A stretch of DNA of 37,599 nt from an uncultured Candidatus Saccharibacteria bacterium (lineage in GTDB: Bacteria; Patescibacteriota; Minisyncoccia; Phycocordibacterales; DATDWN01): positions 1 through 37,599 of the forward strand of contig CAYVMP010000006.1 in the NCBI GenBank assembly GCA_964452635.1, given 5' to 3'. A model generated the notes under the pieces. The model searched no databases, had not been told where the DNA came from, and saw nothing but the letters and a program-made list of their open reading frames with translations. This document shows positions 8,280 through 15,669 of the stretch, in pieces. A program made the position numbers and the translations under genes. Every line of letters begins with the position of its first letter. Position 1 is the first letter of the stretch.

Positions 8280-11200
8280 CTACTCGAGTACTTTCACTTT
8301 ATCAACGAGAATACTTTTGCCATCATTACGGGTGGAAAAGGTACCTTTAATGACCACACATCCTTCTGGCACGAGAATATCTTGAAACTCCTCGAATATT
8401 TTAGGAAAGGCGACTGCTTCGATTGAGTCCGTCATATCTGCTATTTTCATGAATATCATTTTATCGCCCTTTTTGGTGACAACTGGTTTTATTTCCTCGA
8501 TGATACCACCGACAACGATTGGTTGTTTTTCTTTTGCTGTCTCTTTGATTTTTCTAATTGTCATTTCTCTTTTATCGAGTTTTTCTTTGAAACTATCAAG
8601 AGGATGTCCAGAAATGTAGAGTCCGAGAAGTTCCTTTTCCCACATGAGGTTGTTTGCAGATGTTCCAGTTGGCGCAGGTACAAGTGTGATCTCTGTCACC
8701 ACATCTCCTCCAGACATGAGAGAGAAAAGTGAGTCCTGAGCAGTTTCTCGAACACGTTCTTCTTTATTGAACATGAGAAGTGTTTCTAGGTTATGGAGAA
8801 GTGTTGCGCGATATTCCGATGCGGGAATGTGAGGAGTGGATAGTGCAAATGAATCAAGAGCCCCAGCTTTGATGAGAGATTCTAGACTTTTTTTGTTGAG
8901 ATTTTTGTCTGTGATGCGTCGAAGGAAATCCGAGAGTGAGACGAATCTTCCATTTTTCTTACGCTCGGAAATGATAAACGTTCCGATACCTTCACCGAAG
9001 TTTTTGATAGTTGTCAGTCCGAATCGTATTGAATCCTTCTCGTCACCCTTAACAACAGTAAATCCTTCGAATGATTCGTTGACATCTGGAGGAAGTACGG
9101 GGATTCCCATACGTTTACACTCACTGACGATTTCAGAAATCATATCAACGTCGCCCGACTCAGCGGTGAGTACGGCTGACATGTATATAGCAGGGAAGTT
9201 TGCTTTCATGTATGCAGTTTGGTATGCAACTTTTCCGTAACTTGCTGCGTGCGCTTTGTTGAAACCATATCCTTGGAATGGTTCAAACAGATCCCATATT
9301 TGTTCTGCTTTTTCGGCTGTCATTCCGCCATGTGTTTGGCAACCCTCCACGAATTTAATGTGTTGTTTTGCCATTTCTTCTCGGATTTTCTTACCGACTG
9401 CTTTTCGGAATTTGTCTACTTCGCCCCATGTGTATCCAGCCACTTCGATAGCGGTCATGAGAAGGTCGTCTTGGTACACGAGCACACCAAATGTACGATC
9501 GAGAAAGTTTTTCATCTTTGGATGCATGTATGTGATTGGTTTTTTGCCGTGTTTTCGAGCAACATATTCATTGATGTTGTCCATCGGTCCCGGACGATAC
9601 AGAGCAACCATCACGTTGATATCGTGGATTGTGGTTGGGCGAAGTTCTTTGAGCCATCGTGTCATGCCATCGCCATTGAGTTGGAAGAGACCAATAGTTT
9701 CTCCACGAGCGAGCATCTCAAAAGTTTTTTTATCATCGACGGGTACATTTTCAATATCAATGTGCGTGTGTTCGATTTTCTCTACAATCTTCACAGCATC
9801 TGCAAGGATCGCGAGGTTTCGAATTCCAAGAAAATCGAATTTGAGGAGGCCAACACCGTCTTCACCGACTGAGTGCATATCGTACTGGGTGATAACTTTC
9901 TGATCACCTTTTGTATCGTACTGGAGTGGCGTGAAATCCGTAAGTGGTGTTGGAGAGATAACGACACCTGCTGCGTGCACAGAAATGTGTCGAGCGGAAC
10001 CTTCGATTTTCTGTGCCATATCGATGATGGTCTTTGTGTCCGGTTCGGTTGTGTACATTTGTTTGAGTTCCGGCACCTCTTTGAGTGCTCGTTCAATGGT
10101 CATTGGGAATCCCTGTGCACCCATTGGTATGAGTTTGGCAATCGTATCTCCGACACCATATGGGAATCCAAGTGCTCGCGTAACGTCGCGTACAGCACCA
10201 CGAGCAGCCATGGTACCGAATGTACCGATCTGAGCAACTTTATCAATTCCATATTTCTGTCGAGCGTATTCGATAACTTCGTCTCGACGATTATCGGCGT
10301 AGTCCATGTCGATATCCGGTGCAGATGGTCGTGATGGGTTTAGGAATCGTTCGAAGGGGAGGTTGTACTCAAGTGGGTTTACGTTTGTAATATGTGAGAG
10401 ATATGTTACAAGTGATCCTGCCACTGATCCTCGAATAGTAGTGAGAATTCCGTTTTCGTGTGCGAAGTTCAGTAGGTCTGATACGACGAGAAAGTATGGC
10501 GCATATCCTTTGTCTTTGATAATAGAGAGTTCATATTCCATACGTTCAAGGAGCTCGGGTGTTCTTTCGAGTCCTCGTGTGGCGATACCATTTTCTGTAA
10601 TAAACCTAAGCTCGTCGTCATATGAGCGTCCACTCGGCACGATGTAGTTCGGAAGTGACCATTTGCCGATTGAAATCTCTAAGTTGCATCGATCTGCGAT
10701 TTTGACTGTGTTTTCGAGTGCATCTGGAATGTTCTTAAAGTATTTCTCTGCTTGTTTTTCAGTAATGAATGAAAAATCCTCATCTGTCACTTCTATTTTC
10801 TCATCTGTTTGTGATTGGATGGACATGAGTGTCTGTCGAGCAACTCTGTCCTCGGGTTCAAGATAGTAGACGTCGTGTGATGCAACGATTGGGGTTTGTG
10901 TTTCTCGTGCAAACGTGATGAGTTTTTGCATCGTTTCCTCGTGACCTTTAATTTCTGGGTGATGAGTAATTTCAATGTAGAAGTTTGGTTCACCATTTGC
11001 ATCTACACCGAATACTTTTTTGTACCATGCCACTCGTTCGAGTGCTTGTTCTGTGTGAGAGAGTTTGACCGATTGTACAATGTCTCCCGTAAATGATGGT
11101 GAAATCGCGATAAGTCCTTCGTGGTATGTTTCGAGAAGTTCACGGTCAATGCGAGGTTTGTAGTAGAACCCCTCCATGTGGGCAAGCGTAACAAGTTTGA

Positions 11201-11507
11201 TGAGGTTTTTGTATCCAGTGTCGTTGACTGCAAGGAGCACAAGACGATACCGCTCTTTGTCGATTTGCTGTTTGTCGTGTCGGCTTCTGTATGCAACGTA
11301 CGCATCAATACCGATGATTGGTTTAATTTCTTTTTTCTTGCATGCTTGGTAGAACTCGATTGCTCCGTATAGGTTACAGTTGTCTGTCAGTGCAATAGCA
11401 GACATGTCATTTTTCTTTGCTTCTGCGACGAGGTCGGGAATTTTAGGTAGTGCGTTAAGCAGGGAGTAGTGGGAGTGGGTATGAAGATGGATAAATTTGG
11501 ATGACAT
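8280..11507 (-). CDS. dnaE: DNA polymerase III alpha subunit
   Basis: The 1075-aa protein has an N-terminal PHP domain (HLHTHSHYSLLNA), a polymerase core and a C-terminal OB domain. Confidence 0.95.
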   Translation of the reverse strand: MSSKFIHLHTHSHYSLLNALPKIPDLVAEAKKNDMSAIALTDNCNLYGAIEFYQACKKKEIKPIIGIDAYVAYRSRHDKQQIDKERYRLVLLAVNDTGYKNLIKLVTLAHMEGFYYKPRIDRELLETYHEGLIAISPSFTGDIVQSVKLSHTEQALERVAWYKKVFGVDANGEPNFYIEITHHPEIKGHEETMQKLITFARETQTPIVASHDVYYLEPEDRVARQTLMSIQSQTDEKIEVTDEDFSFITEKQAEKYFKNIPDALENTVKIADRCNLEISIGKWSLPNYIVPSGRSYDDELRFITENGIATRGLERTPELLERMEYELSIIKDKGYAPYFLVVSDLLNFAHENGILTTIRGSVAGSLVTYLSHITNVNPLEYNLPFERFLNPSRPSAPDIDMDYADNRRDEVIEYARQKYGIDKVAQIGTFGTMAARGAVRDVTRALGFPYGVGDTIAKLIPMGAQGFPMTIERALKEVPELKQMYTTEPDTKTIIDMAQKIEGSARHISVHAAGVVISPTPLTDFTPLQYDTKGDQKVITQYDMHSVGEDGVGLLKFDFLGIRNLAILADAVKIVEKIEHTHIDIENVPVDDKKTFEMLARGETIGLFQLNGDGMTRWLKELRPTTIHDINVMVALYRPGPMDNINEYVARKHGKKPITYMHPKMKNFLDRTFGVLVYQDDLLMTAIEVAGYTWGEVDKFRKAVGKKIREEMAKQHIKFVEGCQTHGGMTAEKAEQIWDLFEPFQGYGFNKAHAASYGKVAYQTAYMKANFPAIYMSAVLTAESGDVDMISEIVSECKRMGIPVLPPDVNESFEGFTVVKGDEKDSIRFGLTTIKNFGEGIGTFIISERKKNGRFVSLSDFLRRITDKNLNKKSLESLIKAGALDSFALSTPHIPASEYRATLLHNLETLLMFNKEERVRETAQDSLFSLMSGGDVVTEITLVPAPTGTSANNLMWEKELLGLYISGHPLDSFKEKLDKREMTIRKIKETAKEKQPIVVGGIIEEIKPVVTKKGDKMIFMKIADMTDSIEAVAFPKIFEEFQDILVPEGCVVIKGTFSTRNDGKSILVDKVKVLE

Positions 11508-11517
11508 GGTGGTTGGA

Positions 11518-11710
11518 TTTTAAAAAATAATTTCTTTCTCACCACTTCATTTTGAGAGACCCCGTCTCGGCGTGCTCGCCGATCGGTTGCCTCGAAAATC
11601 TAAGAAAACAATGTCCTCGACCGTGTACCATTCACGGTCTCGTCCTTGTTTTCTAAATTTTATGCGAAGTCTCTCAAAATGAAGTGATTCAACGAAATTA
11701 TTTTTTAAAA
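11518..11710. repeat. Structured intergenic element, copy A (~190 nt). Arms of ~35 bp form an imperfect inverted repeat (11526-11560 versus 11669-11702) enclosing a ~105-nt core with two local hairpins. Related to the copy at 24755-24925 and to a miniature copy at 1115-1170
   Basis: The left arm, aataatttctttctcaccacttcattttgagagac, pairs with the right arm, gtctctcaaaatgaagtgattcaacgaaattatt, with an internal 8x7 loop. The core hairpins are cggcg-tgct-cgccg and ccgtg-taccatt-cacgg. Confidence 0.6.
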
Positions 11711-11761
11711 CTATCATATTGTACCATGTCATCCAAAGTTGTGGTGAGGGGGGTGTTTTAT

Positions 11762-11794
11762 AAAAAAAAGAAACCCGGTGCTAGACAGGTTTCT
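11762..11794 (-). terminator. Intrinsic terminator after the RHH gene on the − strand (gaaacc ... ggtttc + T8)
   Basis: The reverse complement shows a hairpin followed by TTTTTTTT. Confidence 0.6.
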
Positions 11795-11810
11795 GATTAT
11801 TGATGTTGAT

Positions 11811-12056
11811 TTAGACAGGGATATCTTCAAAGATATCTATTTCTTCGTATCGCCCATCTTTTTTGATTGCGAACTCATGTCCTTGCCGATGCAGTTCCCA
11901 GAGCAAAATGAGTATCTGGCACCCATTTCGCACCGATGCTCCTAGACTCGGAGCATCCATTTCTTTTTTGATTGATTCCAAATCGGCAAAAAGTTTAGTC
12001 GGAAAATCAATCGTTAGTCTCTTGTTTGCCTTTTTTGTTTCGAGTTTAATAATCAT
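11811..12056 (-). CDS. Small ribbon-helix-helix (CopG/Arc-like) DNA-binding protein
   Basis: The N-terminal KRLTIDFPTKLFADLESIKKE matches the RHH beta-strand/helix pattern, and its own terminator lies downstream. Confidence 0.5.
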   Translation of the reverse strand: MIIKLETKKANKRLTIDFPTKLFADLESIKKEMDAPSLGASVRNGCQILILLWELHRQGHEFAIKKDGRYEEIDIFEDIPV

Positions 12057-12124
12057 TCTGATGAGTTTTATAACGTATTATTTAATTTTAGTCAAAAAAT
12101 TATTGAGTGTGTTAAAATTAATTC

Positions 12125-12739
12125 ATGAAATACATTATCGGTATAGATGAGGTGGGGCGGGGGCCTTTGGCAGGGCCGGTGACTGTTGGGGTCGTGGCGT
12201 GTAAAGCGAATGTGTATACGAAACTCAAGAAACTCAGGCAATTGCCCTTGGTGGGCAAAGACAGCAAGAAACTATCAGTGGCTGATCGAGAAAAATATTC
12301 AAAAATATTACAGTTACTTGCCGAGGAGGAAGCGATTTATTTCTCAATCATTCATATTTCGAATACTGTAGTAGACAGCAGAGGAATTTCCTTTGCTATT
12401 AGAAAGGCAATGGCTGATGGTTTGAAGAAAATACAGAAAAGGGTTGGCTTCAATCCACGGGAGTGCGACCTACGACTTGATGGGGGACTTCGAGCACCAC
12501 GTGAATTCACACACCAGAAAACAATCATAAAAGGTGATGAAAAAGAAAAAATTATTGCGTGGGCGTCAATTCTCGCAAAGGTTTCTCGGGACAGGGTGAT
12601 GGTGCAAGCAGGGAAAAAGTTTCCTCAATACGGATTTGAGATTCATAAAGGATACGGCACTTCTAAACACAGGGAGGCAATCCGTACTCATGGTTTAAGT
12701 CACATTCACCGCAAAACTTTTTGCAGGAGTTTGGTATGA
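12125..12739 (+). CDS. rnhB: Ribonuclease HII
   Basis: The MKYIIGIDEVGRGPLAGPV motif and a DE..D catalytic core are present. Confidence 0.9.
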   Translation: MKYIIGIDEVGRGPLAGPVTVGVVACKANVYTKLKKLRQLPLVGKDSKKLSVADREKYSKILQLLAEEEAIYFSIIHISNTVVDSRGISFAIRKAMADGLKKIQKRVGFNPRECDLRLDGGLRAPREFTHQKTIIKGDEKEKIIAWASILAKVSRDRVMVQAGKKFPQYGFEIHKGYGTSKHREAIRTHGLSHIHRKTFCRSLV

Positions 12740-12780
12740 AAGGGTGGGACGTGTGGTTCCACAATAACCCCTTGTTTTTT
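12740..12780 (+). terminator. Probable rnhB terminator: an imperfect hairpin followed by TTGTTTTTT. An extended −10 (TGaTAGTAT, ~12793-12801) for rpmF follows
   Basis: T-run directly after a GC-containing hairpin. Confidence 0.45.
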
Positions 12781-12820
12781 ATACGAGGTGTGATAGTATA
12801 GTCACATTATGGTAGTACGA

Positions 12821-13036
12821 ATGCGACATACACGAAGTCAGAGAGGAAATACGCGTTCACACCACGCGCTCTTTAATCCTGCAGTTACAGTTGATGCACA
12901 GACACAGGTTCCTCACTTGCGACACCGAGCATCTCTCCAGACTGGTCAATACAAAGGCAGAACAGTGATTGATGTTCAAGCAAAACTCGACCGCAAAGCA
13001 AAGAAGGCACAGGAGGCAAAGAAAGAGGGAAGATAA
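12821..13036 (+). CDS. rpmF: 50S ribosomal protein L32 with a Lys-rich C-terminal tail
   Basis: MRHTRSQRGNTRSHHAL...HLRHRAS...YKGRTV matches the L32 signature. Confidence 0.8.
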   Translation: MRHTRSQRGNTRSHHALFNPAVTVDAQTQVPHLRHRASLQTGQYKGRTVIDVQAKLDRKAKKAQEAKKEGR

Positions 13037-13110
13037 TTATCCACTTTTTATTTATATTTTCTTTTGTTTTATTTTAAATATGATTGTATACTGGTATTAA
13101 ATACAGTTGT

Positions 13111-14007
13111 ATGGCAAACAGGCACCTTTCAAGATCAATAGTTCTCCAATCCCTATTTGAATGGGATTTCAATCATACGTCTGCCGAAAAGGCAAAGGAA
13201 ATTTTCGTCCGTAATGCAGAGGAGTTTGCTCCTGGGCAGGGCGATTTTTCTTTTATGGAAAATCTATTCACTGGTGTGCTCGATAAACAAAAAGACATCG
13301 ATGTAATTATCGAGAAAGCAGCTCCAGACTGGCCAATTGATAAAATCAGCGTGATGGATAGAAACATTATTCGTATCGGTCTCTTTGAACTCCTTTTTGC
13401 TGATCGTTCTCAGGTACCACCAAAGGTTGCTATTAATGAAGCAATCGAGCTTTCTAAGACATTCGGAGGTGAGACATCCGGCAAATTCGTAAACGGTGTA
13501 CTCGGTGCTGTATATAAAGAACTTGGTGAACCGGGCAAGGAAGAAACATCTCGCGATAAGAAAAACGGCAATCCTGCAAACGTTGTCGCTCCTACGGAGT
13601 ACCTCGGTGGCGCAGTGGTATATGCACGTGACGGTGAGGATGTATATCTCGCACTTGTTCATGATGTATTCGGACGATGGACTCTTTCAAAAGGTCATAT
13701 TGACGGTGAAAAGGATCCAATCGAAGAAATCAAACGCATTATAAAAGATGAGATTTCTTTGGACGTTACTGTGCAGGATAAACTTGGAAGTAATGAATAT
13801 GTCACGTACCATCCAGAAAAAGGCAAAATAAAAAAGAACGTAACATATTATCTCGTTGAATCTCCCTATGTTGATGTGAAGCTTGTAAACTCTGGTGGGC
13901 TTGACGATGCTCGATGGTTCAAGATGGGTGATATACTTGACCTTAATTTTTATAATGATATTCTACCGCTAGTTACTAAGGCGATTAATATACTGTTAAA
14001 GAAATAA
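13111..14007 (+). CDS. nusB: NusB antitermination factor fused to a C-terminal ~150-aa Nudix-fold-like domain with a degenerate Nudix box
   Basis: The N-terminal 140 aa form a typical NusB (SRSIVLQSLFEWDF...DRNIIRIGLFELLF). The C-terminal GEKDPIEEIKRIIKDEISLDV resembles GX5EX7REUXEEXGU, but with RE replaced by DE and EE by LD. Confidence 0.7.
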   Translation: MANRHLSRSIVLQSLFEWDFNHTSAEKAKEIFVRNAEEFAPGQGDFSFMENLFTGVLDKQKDIDVIIEKAAPDWPIDKISVMDRNIIRIGLFELLFADRSQVPPKVAINEAIELSKTFGGETSGKFVNGVLGAVYKELGEPGKEETSRDKKNGNPANVVAPTEYLGGAVVYARDGEDVYLALVHDVFGRWTLSKGHIDGEKDPIEEIKRIIKDEISLDVTVQDKLGSNEYVTYHPEKGKIKKNVTYYLVESPYVDVKLVNSGGLDDARWFKMGDILDLNFYNDILPLVTKAINILLKK

Positions 14008-14037
14008 TAACAGTCGACAATACTAACTACTCTGTCT

Positions 14038-14730
14038 ATGCATGACTTCTCTGAGTTCGAAAAAAATACAGGTTTGGATTTTAAAGACAAGGGGTTGCTC
14101 AAACAAGCCTTTGTTCATCGTTCATATATAAATGAAAATAAGGGTTCAAAACTTGAACACAATGAACGACTTGAATTTCTCGGTGATGCGGTGCTTGAGC
14201 TCGTGATCACAGATTTCCTCTATAGAGAATATCCAGCGAAGCCTGAGGGTGAATTGACGGCATTTCGATCTGCTCTTGTAAATGCGGATACATGTGCAGG
14301 TATCGCAACATCACTTGCTGTTAATGATTTTCTCCTTCTCTCAAAAGGTGAGAGCAAGGATATGGGTCGTGCTCGACAGTACATACTCGCAAACGCACTC
14401 GAAGCTATCATTGGTGCAATCTATTTGGATCGTGGGTATGATAGCGCAAAGGTTTTCATTGAGGCGCATTTCGTACCACGAATTGATTCTATTATTTCTG
14501 CACGAAGTTTTATTGATGCAAAATCACTCTTTCAGGAAAAGGCACAAGAGTTTGAGAGTGTAACTCCATCGTACCGAACAATCAAAGAAGTTGGTCCGGA
14601 TCATGGTAAGCAATTTACTGTCGGTGTCTATATTGGAAAGGAATTAGTGGCAACTGGTGATGGTCTCTCTAAGCAGGATGCGGAACAATCCGCAGCTCGT
14701 AAGGCACTTGAGGTTCGTGGATGGGAATAA
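14038..14730 (+). CDS. rnc: Ribonuclease III
   Basis: The ERLEFLGDAVLELVITDFLY signature is followed by a C-terminal dsRBD. Confidence 0.95.
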   Translation: MHDFSEFEKNTGLDFKDKGLLKQAFVHRSYINENKGSKLEHNERLEFLGDAVLELVITDFLYREYPAKPEGELTAFRSALVNADTCAGIATSLAVNDFLLLSKGESKDMGRARQYILANALEAIIGAIYLDRGYDSAKVFIEAHFVPRIDSIISARSFIDAKSLFQEKAQEFESVTPSYRTIKEVGPDHGKQFTVGVYIGKELVATGDGLSKQDAEQSAARKALEVRGWE

Positions 14731-14742
14731 TTTTTAAAAATT

Positions 14743-15060
14743 TTGCAAAATAAAAGCTCCCTGTCTTGGTTCAGGGAGCACGGTCACACGTTTATCCAGG
14801 ATGAGGGGTTCAAATCCCCCGAGCACCCAATTTCAAAGGAGAATTGCGGGCCCACAATTTCTCCTGTCACCCCACCCAAAAGATGGTTTTGGATTTTTCC
14901 CTTTAAGAGACCGATCGTGATGATCAGTCCAGAAGCTTTAGTAGTGTTCTGCCAAAACACTACTTCTTCGACCCAAGTGTCTTGTTTGGATAGGCTAGAG
15001 CATGACTCTAAAACCTAACTTCATTCAAGGGAATCACCGCCCGAAGGCTTTTTGTTTTAT
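14743..15060 (+). ncRNA. Structured ~300-nt noncoding region ending in an intrinsic terminator (15037-15060). It contains a tRNA/tmRNA-like T-arm plus acceptor 3' strand (GAGGGGTTCAAATCCCCCGAGCACCCA, 14803-14830). Its identity is unresolved; the 91-aa ORF called here is probably spurious
   Basis: A canonical T-loop, TTCAAAT, lies between 5-bp G/C stems. Several local hairpins are visible (14756-14780, 14838-14864, 14941-14962). No complementary 5' acceptor strand was found. Confidence 0.35.
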
Positions 15061-15142
15061 TCGTGTCTAGGAGTAACACTATTTTATTTTTCATTTCCTG
15101 TCAACATGTTGGTGTGGTACACTTATATCTAGGAGGTGTGCT

Positions 15143-15478
15143 ATGGGAGCTTTTAGAAATTTTCCTGAAGAAGAAATTCCAGATTTTTTCCCCGATATTA
15201 ATTGGCAACATTGCCAAGGTAAAGGGGATATAGTAGAAGCCTCTCAACCATCTGAAGAGCTTCAGGATGTTCCTGAGCGAAATGAATTGTCGTTAATGGA
15301 TGATATCAGTCGCATTGCTCGCTTTAGAAGTATAGCGAGGGAATGCGAAAGAATATTTTCGTCACTTCTGAGAAATGGAGTTGATGAAAGGTATTTATCG
15401 AGTGCGGAGGATACACTTCGTACACTCGAAGATGAGCTGAATAGATGTCAACAGGAGATTGAAGAGGGTGCGCCATAG
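15143..15478 (+). CDS. Hypothetical acidic protein (111 aa)
   Basis: A strong RBS (TAGGAGGTG) is present, and a terminator hairpin overlaps the stop codon. Confidence 0.55.
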   Translation: MGAFRNFPEEEIPDFFPDINWQHCQGKGDIVEASQPSEELQDVPERNELSLMDDISRIARFRSIARECERIFSSLLRNGVDERYLSSAEDTLRTLEDELNRCQQEIEEGAP

Positions 15479-15496
15479 GGCCACCCTTTTGTTTTA
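15465..15496 (+). terminator. Intrinsic terminator (agggtg cgccatagggc caccct + TTTGTTTT)
   Basis: Stem-loop followed by a T-run. Confidence 0.6.
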
Positions 15497-15543
15497 TGTT
15501 CCCAAAATGTATAATGAAGTTTGTTAAAAATAAATTTGTTGAA

Positions 15544-15636
15544 CCAATATGTTTTTGGCATATGCCGCAACGCGTGAAGACGTGAGGTTAAGGAAAAATC
15601 GTAGCAACGATTTATTCCGGTGCCAAAAACATATTG
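15544..15636 (+). promoter_or_regulatory. Perfect 17-bp inverted repeat, ccaatatgtttttggca / tgccaaaaacatattgg, enclosing 58 nt in the smc leader
   Basis: Read directly from the sequence. It ends 34 nt upstream of the smc ATG. Confidence 0.5.
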
Positions 15637-15669
15637 GTGAGAAAAAATTTATTTTACACACTGAAAACT

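Noticed and set aside
8523-11372. Numerous 60-215-aa ORFs antisense to or out of frame within dnaE, and similar ones within thrS, gyrB, smc, rnr and uvrA
   Set aside because: They lie entirely inside long, well-supported genes, and have no RBS and low-complexity or atypical composition. They are standard six-frame noise.
14743-15060. A one-piece or circularly permuted two-piece tmRNA built around the T-arm/acceptor motif at 14803-14830
   Set aside because: No 5' acceptor strand complementary to GAGCACC (GGTGCTC allowing G-U pairs) occurs within several hundred nt on either side. No tag reading frame ending in ...LAA-stop was found. A one-piece gene would have to overlap 250 nt of rnc. It is kept only as an unresolved tRNA-like fragment.
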